From the NCBI RefSeq assembly GCF_009914755.1, contig NC_060932.1: DNA of 64,000 bases; one strand, written 5' to 3'. The notes under the pieces are model-generated. The model saw only the letters and a list, made by a program, of their open reading frames with translations, was not told the origin of the DNA and did no database searches. The stretch's first letter is position 1. Each line of letters starts with the position of its first letter. A program made the translations under genes and the position numbers. Origin of the DNA: the human T2T-CHM13v2.0 reference genome, Homo sapiens. Shown here piece after piece: positions 1 through 16,559 of the stretch.

Positions 1-4140
<4,140 letters not shown>

Positions 4141-5386
4141 TCAACTAAAAAAAAAAAAAAATACGGCTTGGGAATGTTGGCTTCCAAAAGTAACTGCCCA
4201 CTACTCTAAATTCGATTTCACAAATATGTTTGAGAATGGCCGCTTCCCAAAGCTGTTATTCGATAGACAGAAAACAGCTTCACTACTGATACATTAGTGT
4301 CTGCTAATTCTGAAACTGTACAGCCCTAACTTCATACTATTTTAAGGCAATTTAGTGCACGCTGATCTAAGCTCACTGATCGAAGCACACTGCAAAGTGT
4401 CATTTTGCCAAGTGTCCTCTCAACCTCTTGCTCAGAGTCTTTCCATTTCATTCTCCAATAAAGAATATTAGGAGCTGGCAGAACAAATCTTTGTGCCATT
4501 TGAGAGCTTACTTTAAGAAATTCTAAAAATACAGCCTCTTGGCAATCATGACCCTCTTGACCTGGCCTTGACCTATTACCCTCAGCTGAACACATCGTCA
4601 CACACACCACAACTTGCATCATGCCATTCCCCCTTCTCTGCCCGTCTATGCGTCCCCCAAACTGTGGCTCAACCACCAGCTTCCCAGTGCAGCCTTTCCA
4701 ATGCACGGGAGCCAGCACTCTCTCCCTCCCAGAGCAGTTTGTCTGTATCACTATAATCAGCTTCCTATTACCTTCCAAAATAAACTAGAAGCCTCCATAT
4801 ACATCACCTCCCTTATTTCTCACAGAAAACTCTGCATTATTGGGGAAAAAAAAAAAAGATAAGCTTGAATTTGTCATATTCTTCCTCCAGTTCTAGCTTT
4901 CTCTACCACTGAGCCATAATCTCCTTCAGGGACACAATGATGTCTTCACCCATTCTTTAATCCAAGAAACATTTGCTGAGTCTACTAGGTACCAGGCACT
5001 GTGTTGGGCACTGGAAGGGAATAAAAATTAATCCCTGCTTGGAGGTGTTCACAGTGTAGCTGGGGATGGGGATGGTTGGTGGAAGACCTGTGTACAGATA
5101 AACTGGAACAAAACGTGTCCTTCTGAGCTCTACAACCCCAGCTCCTGACACAGTTTACTGAATACACGGTGGAGGAAAGAGGAGAGACCATCAAGTCCAA
5201 TGATACAATCAAAGGAATCCACTTAGGAAAGAGATGAATGCTATTAAAAACTACCAAGTGCAGAATTCCACCTCGATTACGTATTCCACACAGCAGCTCT
5301 GAGAGTTCACATCTGAATTGAAAGGGTCTGAGAAAACATTAGCTAGTAAACAGTCCTGAGCTTCTGCCAATTAGAAATGGAGACCT

Positions 5387-5679
5387 GGCTGGGCATGGTG
5401 GCTCATGCCTGTAATCCCATAATCCCAGCACTTTGGGAGGCCAAGGTGGGCAGATCACCTGAGGTCAGGGGTTCGAGACCAGCCTGGCCAAATGGTGAAA
5501 CGTCTCTACTAAAAATACAAAAATTAGCTGGGCATGGTGGTGCACACCTGTAGTCCCAGCTACTCAGGAGACTGAAGCAGGAGAATCGCTTGAACCCAGG
5601 ATGGGGAGTTTGCAGTGAGCCAAGATCAACTCACTGCACACCAGCCTGAGTGACAGAATGAGACTTTGTCAAAAAAAAA
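5387..5679 (+). mobile_element. Alu (S-type)
   Basis: ggctgggcatggtggctcatgcc...gagactttgtc followed by an A tail. Confidence 0.95.
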
Positions 5680-5811
5680 GAAGAAGAAGAAGAAGAAGAG
5701 GAGAGGAGAGGAGAGGAGAGGAGAGGAGAGGAGAGGAGAGGAGAGGAGAGGAGAGGAGAGGGGAGGGAGGAGGGAGGAGGGAGGAGGGAGGAGGGAGGGG
5801 AGAAGAGAAGA
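5671..5811 (+). repeat. Compound purine microsatellite A9-(AAG)7-(GAGAG)12-(GGGAGGA)n in an Alu tail
   Basis: Read directly; 141 nt with no pyrimidine on the plus strand. Confidence 0.95.
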
Positions 5812-6212
5812 TCCACTGGTCTGAGCACTGGCCTTCTCTACCCTGTGACCGGGCCTGGAGAACTGACTGCCAATGTCAGCAGTCGTGGGCCGAGAGTGGG
5901 GGCAGGGCCACAGCTGACAAGAAAGCAGGACAGCAGTGAACCTGCACAGAAACAGGGCAGACATATCCGTGAGGCCCAGTGACATCTCAGATAATTCCTC
6001 TTTTTAAGTCTACACTAGTCTAATTTACCGAAGATATGGCAGGTGGCTCTTTTTCCATTTTAAAAGTGTTATACTGTTCTTTGAAAAGCAACACACAAGG
6101 AAAAAAAAAGAATTGGAAGAAAGTTCACCAAAAGTTGACACTGCTTGTCTATTTGGTAGAAGTAATGCTCATTTTTTAAACCATCTTTATATTTTAGAAT
6201 CATTAAAATTAG

Positions 6213-6526
<314 letters not shown>

Positions 6527-8088
6527 CCTAAATACCATTTTTATAATGAAGTAAAACACATATACAGAAAATCACACAAAATATGAATAAGGTCCATGAA
6601 TTATTACAAAGCACACATCTAAATCCAGCACCCAGCTGGAAAAAGAACATGCCTGCGCCCACCACCCTCTCCTGTCTGCTCTGTCACCGAGCCCATCCCT
6701 CCCCAGAGCACCCTCTCTCCTGACTGCTAACACAACATTTTAGATTTGCAAAGAAGCAATAAATAAAAATAAAATAATTTTTTATTCTTAAGTTCATGAT
6801 ACCAGTTCTAGACAGAAGAGCACTCTTTCCATGAGATAGCTTGCCAATAATGGCAGGCTAATACCTATAATCCCACTATGTTCTCAGATTCAGTCATCAA
6901 TTCAGCTATAGAATTGATCATTTTTCATAGCCAGAGACCACCATGTACGCTGAGTACGGTAGAAGACATGGCAAGCATCCAACAGGCACACTGGTGACAG
7001 GCACTCCTCACACAGCACACATAAGGACAGGACGCACCCCTGCCCTCCCGGGGCTCTGAGTCCAGCGGGACACACGCACGTGGAGTCAGAGAACTCGGCA
7101 CGGCAGGGAATGCTGGACAGGCCCACTTGCACAGAGGAGGCTGGACAGGTGGCCTGGTCAGGACATAGATCCAGGTGCTACGCCATCACCAAAATGCCAG
7201 TGCCTTAAGGGCTGTGGAAGTGCGTTTCTCTGTCCCTTAACTGCCACGCCCAGGCAATTCAGGCCTAACAGGGCAGCTCTAGGGGGCTGAGGACCAAGTC
7301 CACCTTGCTGTTCTACCTACCCCAGGGTGTGGTCTGATCCTGCGAGTACAAGGTAGGCCATCACTCCTGCCGTGTCCCACCAGACGGAGAAGACGGAGTT
7401 CTGGTCATGCTGCCCACCCTGTACATGTCATTGCCCAGGGCTCAGCCGCACTCCCACATCAGGACCAGGGGAAGCCTCCACCAGCGAGGGGCGGGGACTG
7501 TGTGGTGCAGTGCCACGTGGTGCAGTGTCGCGGGCGCCATGCTCGGGAACCCGGCATTATTTCGCAGCTGATGGGGAGATGGGGAAGGGTTTTAGGTGAG
7601 AACTGATGCAAACAAATATATATTTTAGGAAGTGCTTAAGTAGCTTTATAGCAGAGAGGAACTACAGGCTCAGGGTGCAATTAGGATGCTGTTGTGGAGT
7701 CCAGGAGGCCCTCAAGGCCTGCCCCAGACACTGAGGGTAGGAATTAGCCAACAAAAAAGTCAAGGAGAAGGGGTGGCTGCCAAGGAGGACCCTTCCATGC
7801 CTCAGGCTCCTTGTCTGTGACGCTGGGGTATTGTTACCCAAAAGCTATTGTCACAAGTCTGTTATGAAGCTCAAATAATGCAAAAGATAATAAAGCCCTG
7901 TGAAAATTATAAATTACTAAACAAACTTCAAAGTAAAACATTTTCTCAAACTTAATTTGACCAATTTACAAAGCAAATTTAAAGAACCCCATTAAAGAAT
8001 TTCTATAGCTACAAAATAGTCACTGTACAATTTCTATACATTTTTATCACTGTTCCTTGCTCAATAGAACTACTTCTGTCTTGTTTTA

Positions 8089-8377
<289 letters not shown>

Positions 8378-8819
8378 TTATTAAATGGCTACTCATATTT
8401 AATATTATATTTGTAATATAAGCAATACAATTTATAAGTATCCTTTTCTTCTTCACTGTATACTTCACCAAATACGAGGTTTCTGCATCTCTTCATTACT
8501 CTTAATTAATTGAAGCAAGTAGAAAAACAGGAATCCTAAAATGCTGGGATCTTGACAGTGTGAGTGGGAATGTACAGCTGGTGAAACACTTGCCCTCAGG
8601 TGCAGAATCATCAGGTCTTCTTAATTATTTTTAACACTAAAAATTAAACCCAACATTGCAAAATCTTTCCCTTTTTTTTGAATCAAGCAAATCAATAAAT
8701 CTATGGATGAAAGCCAGTTAAAAAACACAACAGAGATAAATGCTGTTATTTTTATTCCAGTGGGAGTGAGCATCAGGTCAACCACACCCACTCGATACTC
8801 GTCTCTACACGGTACTCTA

Positions 8820-9215
8820 CAGATTGCGTATCCCTTTTCCCAAGTGCTTGGGACCGTAAGTGTTTTAAAAAGATTTGGGATTTCTTCAGATTTCTGAATA
8901 CAGTCACCCCTCGAACTACATAGGTTTGACCTGTGCAGGTCCACTCATATGCGGGTTTTCTCAGCCAGACGTGGGTGGAAAATACAGTATTTGTGGGATG
9001 CAAAACTCACATAAACAGAGGGCTGACTTGTCATATACACAGGTTCTGCAAGGCCAACTAGAGTACTTGAGTATACGCGGGGGCCTTGGAGCCGATGCCC
9101 CACCTAGACCAAGGGACAACTGTATTTGCAATATACGTACTGGCTGAGCATCCCAACTCGGAAAATCTGAAATGCTCCAAAATTTGGGGTTTTCGGAGTT
9201 GGGACGCTCGACCTA
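8820..9215 (+). mobile_element. Tigger4/MER46-like DNA transposon, interrupted by MER8
   Basis: Ends cagattgcgtatccc and gggacgctcgaccta are degenerate inverted repeats; internal tgcttgggaccgtaagtg and gagcatccc..aaatctgaaatgctccaa. Confidence 0.75.
8901..9122 (-). mobile_element. MER8 (TcMar-Tigger MITE)
   Basis: Terminal cagtcacccctcgaac and aagggacaactg, flanked by TA on both sides. Confidence 0.8.
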
Positions 9216-9399
9216 TACTAAGAAGCTGTAGCTGCTTCCGAGGGTCCCACATGGCTGAGACTCAGCTCAAGGCTATACTTCCTGAAACACAGGTCAACTG
9301 TTGCATGTCATTGAAAAAATTCCAGTTCTTCACTTGGACCCTTGAAGAATACTGAAGAGCAGCCACTGTATGTCTCTAAATCCCTTTTCTACATCCTAA

Positions 9400-9733
<334 letters not shown>

Positions 9734-10329
9734 TCCCACAGGTTCTTAAAAGCAGTGATGGGTCAGTGTGGTCGGGAGAGGAACTGGGCTCCTCCCACAC
9801 CTGTACATCCTCTGGGCTCATCTGGCTCTTCTCATTTTTCCAGTTTACTCCCCACAAAATATCCAGGAGCAGCCAAGAAAATAGTGCTCCCCATCCTGGC
9901 CTCCCAGAGATCATGGGAGAAGGAGAAGCTAAATGTGCGAGCAGGAATAGAATATTCTTCAGCAGGTTGAGGGTGGGGGAGATTTCCCCAGCAAGAATGA
10001 GTGACAGTGTCACTGCCTTCAGGGATTTAAATTTTAAACAATCCCTGGTATCCATAAGTAGATACACAAAACATACAGATAATAAAATCAACGCACAAAC
10101 ACAGAATTGAATAAATATATGACAGCATGAATAAAAACCCGTGAATGAATGCATCTCTCCTGATCCTCTGACTGCTGCCCTAATGGGCCCTCGGATTAAG
10201 TAACATCTCCCTCCTCTGAACTCCAAAACACATTACTTCTCAGCACAGCTGTTGGGAAGTTGGAACTCTCTATTCTGCTACAAGCTTGTTTCTATGCACA
10301 GCTTATATCTTTATCCCTACTGAATCTCT

Positions 10330-11140
10330 GCTCCCTGCAAAACTCCAAACCCCTCCAACTCTGACCTTGATGGCACAGATCTCCCGACCACACTGGCCTA
10401 TCCCTGCCTTTAAACATGGCATTCCCCTTTACCAGCCTCTGCCTCACACTTGCTGGCACCCAGACCTGAAATGTCCTTGACCTCTTCCTCCTTCAAGTCT
10501 CTCTTCACTTTCCTGACTGCCCCCTTCAACACCGATGTTCCCCAGGGATCTACCTTTGCTCCTCTTCTCTCTTGATTCATTCCAAGGAACCACACACAAT
10601 TTGACCACTATCCACAGCTGATGGTCCCGAATTGATACCACCAGGCTGGACCTCCCTCCAGAATTCCAGCTGAAATTGACTTCGTTAGTAGCACACATCC
10701 ACCTGAATGGCCAACAGGCAGCCCTGTAACTTCCCAAATACCCTCTGAAACCAGCCCTCCTCCCGTTGTTTCTAACCCAGGGGATGGCTTTGCCATCCAC
10801 AACATGGCCCAAATAACACTACAAATGCTTCTGTGTATGGAACCCATACCATACACAAATATTGTTTTTCAACCAAATCCTTCTCACATCAATTCCCTCC
10901 TTTCCACCTTCACTAAAACTGCCTTCTGCAAAATTGAATCATTTCTCTGCCTGTGCTCTTTCAACAGCTTCCTAAGTGGCCTAACACATGCCTGGCATAT
11001 ATTTGCTGAAAGAATGCTGGAACCAAGGAACAGTTTCCCTGCTGTCTCCAGGAATTCCTCCTGCCAGGTTCGTTTCCGCATGGCCACAGAAGTGACCGCC
11101 CTAAAAGATCAGATACACAACTCCTTGCCTTAGAAGTTCT
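10330..11140 (+). mobile_element. L2 fragments
   Basis: Degenerate pyrimidine-rich L2 3' region motifs (catccacctgaatggcc, cagaagtgaccgccctaaaa). Confidence 0.5.
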
Positions 11141-11966
11141 GCCAGCTCACTATTTCAGAAGACCAGCTCCTCTTGCCAAAGTGTTATCACTGGGAAAAAC
11201 TAGCGACCCAAGCCTCGAACAAGAGGGGAGGCATTTTATAAATCACGTTACAGTTCTACCAAGCAGTAACTTAAAAATAAGCTTGCATAGGATAAGAAAA
11301 TGCTTATAACATAATTTTAGTAAAATAGAGGCCTAGACGGCTCCTAAGGTCTGATTTCAGCTACCTAAAGAGATGCGTGGAGAAAAACTGGAAGGAAATA
11401 GGCCATAATGAGAGTAGCACCCATTTCTGGGTAGTGAGATTTTGGGGAATGTTTTGCCCTTCTCCTTTAGAGTCTTCCCAAGTTTCCAGATTTTTTTTTT
11501 TACAAGGATCATTCATTACTTTGTGATAGGAAAAAAATAAGCACAAATAAAAACAATCTCCCAAATCTTTTGCTTCGCATTTGCAGCTCTTAGCACAAGC
11601 CATCTGGTTTTCAGCTCTCTCTATGGTCTTATCTTCCCCTCCTCTCCACACCTCATGCACACAAACTAAACTCCTCCTCCTCAGCAGCAGCCACATATGC
11701 CAGTCCGGGAATAACAGCCAGGTTCCACAGGGCAGACGCACGGCCTCCATAGCTCTCTCATCTATCTTAGGCATTGCCACATTCTTGGTAAGTTTTGAAG
11801 CACAAATACTCATAAAGATGTGATCAACCGAACTGAGAAAACAGAGAAATCAAAGCTAACAAGCGCCTGTTGACCACTGTCCTATACCAGGAGCTCTGGT
11901 CGGAAACCAGAAGTGAACAAGTTACTAAAACTCTATAGAAAACGGCTATAATAACAACCACCACTA

Positions 11967-12290
<324 letters not shown>

Positions 12291-12959
12291 CTAATCCCTA
12301 TTAAGGGATGAAGAGCAGTGGAATTACAAGCAGGAATTAATTGGTTCAGAGAGACTGGGCCCAACCGCCCAGGTACACCCAGAGGCAGAGCCTGGAGGAA
12401 CCAGATCTTACTTGAGAAAAGGTGGTCATTGTGTTACACAAAAGGAGGCTGCAAAGAGAAAGAGGCAAAAAGCTGTGCGGAAGAACAAACTGCTAGCTTC
12501 TTCTCCGCCATGGCTTTCCCTCCTTCCTCACTCTAGAAAGTTGCTATTTGAGAAGTAGATTTCTTTTTTTAAACCCTTAGCAAATTCAAGAACGTGCCAA
12601 GTTTCATTGCCCAGCCTTTCAAAGAAAGAAGGTCAAATATATAAGAACAGAGACGAATAGAGGGTAAAGCAAACCTTTGGAGGACTACAGCGTGTTTTTG
12701 CTGCCACCAAACAGATGCTGCATGGTTGAGGGCTTCTCCAACAATCGGATTCTCAAGTTCAGTGTCCAGGACCAAAGTCACGTCTGCTGTTAATCCCTGT
12801 TCTCAAATGAGAAGAACGGGCAGTCTCTCGGAGAGGCCAGATTAGGAGAGGGTGGGGGTTACAATAGCCTCTACAATGCTCAGCATCTGCCCCCACCAAG
12901 GCACAAGTGCATTCGCTCAGGCTTTGATCACTAAGACAGACAGGAAACAAACTCAAAGC

Positions 12960-13140
12960 TAACTCTTATTGAGGGCCGACAACGTGCCAGATGCTCTCAT
13001 ACGCATTTCATCCATGCTCACAAGAGCTGGTTGAGATCCATATTATTCTTATTTTTCAAATAAACTGAGGCTCACAGAAACTCAGTAATTTGCCAGTGGG
13101 GGATACTAATAGTGGTGAAGTCAGGTCTGACTTTAAAGCC
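12960..13140 (-). mobile_element. MIR
   Basis: MIR core motif tattattcttatttt..aaactgaggctcacaga. Confidence 0.65.
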
Positions 13141-13552
13141 TCATATGGTTTGGATTTATGTCCCCACCAAATCTCATGTTGACATGTAATCCCCGGTATT
13201 GGAGGTAGGTCCTAGTGGGAGGTGTCTGGATCATGAGGGACCAATCCCTCCTGAATGACTCGGCGCCATCCCTTTGGTGACAAGTGAGTTCACGTGAGAT
13301 CTAGTTGTTTCAAAGTGTGTGGCACCTCCCAATCTCTCTCTTGCTCCCACTCTCGCCATGTGACACGTCGGCTCTGGCTTCACCTTTTGCCATGATTGTA
13401 AGCTTCCTGAGGCCCCACCAGAAGCCAAGCAGATGCTGGCACCATGCTTCCTGTACAGCCTGTGCAGAACCATGAGGCAATTAAACCTCTTTTCTTTACA
13501 AACTACCCAGTCTCAGGTATTTCTTTATCACAATGCAAGAACAACCTAACAG
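13141..13552 (+). mobile_element. MST-family solo LTR (ERVL-MaLR)
   Basis: atatggtttggattt..ccccaccaaatctcatgttg...attaaacctcttttcttta..acccagtctcaggtat. Confidence 0.9.
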
Positions 13553-14524
13553 AAAGCCCAAATGCTTGCCCAGCCCCAAATTTCCCCCAATAAATACTAT
13601 GCTGTCCACGAAAAGGCAGAGGTCACCGGCTAATACCCCATAGCACAGTGGAAGGAGCACAGGTCTGAGAGTCTGTAACCCTGAGTTTAAATCTCCTCCC
13701 CTACCCTTTCCAACATGACACTAACACATCACTTACTTACTTCTCTGGGCCTAGCCACCACCAAAGGGTGAGAAGCATCACTCAGGACTAAAATGAGGAT
13801 TTGAAAAGATTGTGGATGGTACCTGGCATATAGCAAAAATTTGAAAAAATATGGTATCCCTTCTCTTGTTTATAAATGTTAACATCTTGAAGCTTTGGTT
13901 AAGCAAAAGACTCTAAATCAGCTGTGTTCATTTCTAATCAACCCCAGGCTTCAACACAGGTTCCCTGAACATCTATAATTTGCAAATCCAGATCCAGACA
14001 ATGAAGGCCAAGCAGGCTGAGTAAATTGTCAAGCCTAAGAAAGGGTTTCGGAAAGTTAAAGCAAGGTCACAAGAGTGGCACACGTGTATTTCACTTATTT
14101 AACTGAAAATGGTTTCCCCACAGCCATGCTAGAGTGATGGGTGCCATATTCCATGGCATGATCACCTCAACGTAGGCAAAAGGACTCTGTTAGAAGAAGT
14201 CACTGGCTGACTTCTGCAGTCAACAGGCCCAATCGTCCACAGAGCAAGGTGATCTGCAGAAACCTCCTGGCACAGTGCCTGGGGCGTGTTTTCTAGCAGT
14301 AAAAACAGGCAGCATGGTGCAGGGGAGGAGCAAGCTGCCCGCCCACAGCCCTCGCACCAGCTGTGCAGTCAGGGCAGCCCCATTATGCAGAGCCTCGCTT
14401 CAATACCTGCAAAACCTGCTCCGACGAGGTTTAAGAACCAGACATAACATGAGATGCATTGAATGAACTGCTTGTCACATGGGTAACTATTAACTATTCC
14501 AACTAATCATATAAAAACTACTAG

Positions 14525-14871
<347 letters not shown>

Positions 14872-15519
14872 GAATGGCTGTTTAAATCTTGCAGAAGTAA
14901 AACAAGTATTTCACTGGGGAAAGACAGGTTTCAAACACCTCTGCCACATATACCTTCATTCCAGAGTTGCTTGGAGGAAATTTTCTAAATAATCTTTCAA
15001 ATCCCTGGCTCATCAATCTAAAATGTGAAAATGTGTTCTGAAGTGCTTTTCTACTGGAGATATTGGCTATTTCCCCCACGGGAATAAATTTAAATTACAC
15101 ACTTAGAACTAAGGCCTAGATTCTTGCAGATCTAAGCTTTAAAATCATGAACACGAATTTCACCCAAACTGAGTGACCTGCCTTCAGAATAGGGAGAAGC
15201 TTCATGTTGTAGGCATTGCAAAGCCTAGCTTCTTACCTGAGTCAGCTGAATGTAAGTCTTGGATATAAATCTTCAAAGTTGAGCTGAAAACATATACTAG
15301 CACAAACTGTCCATTTTTTATATCACTGGCAAGTTTAAGAAGTTCAGATTTGAGCCAGAAGGAAAGAAATGACACTCTCCCACAAAGTTCCATAAGGGCA
15401 GAAGGGATCTTTGTACTTTCAGAAAAAAAAAAAAAAAAAAAAAAAAGCTTGGTTGGTAATTGTGCCTACTGCTAGAAAGTCCACTGGAAAGGCTGAAACC
15501 AGTCCACAGGAGGCCCGCT

Positions 15520-15700
15520 GTGCTAATGGGAAGAGCATGCACTTTGAGGTCAGGTGACCAAGGCCACCTCCAAGCTGTGCGATTGTGGACAAACTATCGC
15601 TGCAAATGAAGACTGTAATACCTATCTTTCAGGGCTGGTCTGAGAATGACTAGCAATGCATGCAAAGCACTCAGCACAGTGCCCAACGCAAAGAAGGCTC
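15520..15700 (+). mobile_element. MIR
   Basis: gaagagcatgcactttgaggtcag...aaagcactcagcacagtgcc. Confidence 0.6.
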
Positions 15701-16076
15701 CCAGTATGTAGAAGCTAACACATTTTGTCATTTTGCACAAGGCAACATTCTGGGAAAAGTCCAAAAAGCAGATTCAGAAAACACAGGGTCCAGTCCCAGC
15801 TCCAGTGCTTCCTTGGAGCCACAAATTCTAATCCCGGTTTTAATCCATCATTGTAACCCTAGCGCTCCCAGGGTTGAACTCTCTGAAAATTAATTCCATC
15901 CAGACATTCTACTGCTTAAAACCCCCAGGACCACCCATTTAAAATCTAAACTCCTTAGTATGGCAAAGGCCCCTGTCTATCTTTTCCGCCTCTACATTCA
16001 CTGTCCTCCTTTCTCTGCCTTCCTAACTCCTCCTATCCAGTCTCTCCCCAGCCCGCACCCCTTCACACCCCACCCA

Positions 16077-16381
16077 CAGTCATCCCCCTCCCTCAGTATG
16101 ATCTCTCTTGGATACCAAAACTGCTCAAGTCCCTGATATAAAATAGCACATCTGTATATAACCCATGCACATCCTTCTGTATAACTTACTCTCTAGATTT
16201 ATTATACCTAATAAAATGTAAATGCTATGTAAATAGTTATATTGTATTATTTAGGAACTAATGATAGGAAAAATGTCTGTACATGTTCAGTACAGATGCA
16301 GTTTTTTTGCTTGAATACTTTCAATCCAAGGTCGGTTGAATCCACAGCTGTGGAACCCACATGGACACAGAGGCCAACTGT
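16077..16381 (+). mobile_element. MER2-type DNA transposon
   Basis: cagtcatccc...tgctcaagtccctgatataaaat...ggttgaatccacag..ggccaactg followed by TA. Confidence 0.85.
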
Positions 16382-16559
16382 AACTGAGGCTCCTGAAATA
16401 CACTAGGCACATTCTGTGCCTGGACCTAGGGCACTCGCTGACTGGAAGGTCCCAAAGGAACCTCAATACCTACTCATCTTTCAATACCCAGCTCTGGTAT
16501 CAACTGTCTCTGAAGCTTTAAAATCCCTATGAGCATTTGTATGCCTACACTTACACACC

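Noticed and set aside
12569-12800. Protein-like minus ORF TLVLDTELENPIVGEALNHAASVWWQQK as an exon
   Set aside because: Not in TRAPPC9 as I recall it; the only nearby donor is weak (AG|GTTTGC) and the acceptor is poor.
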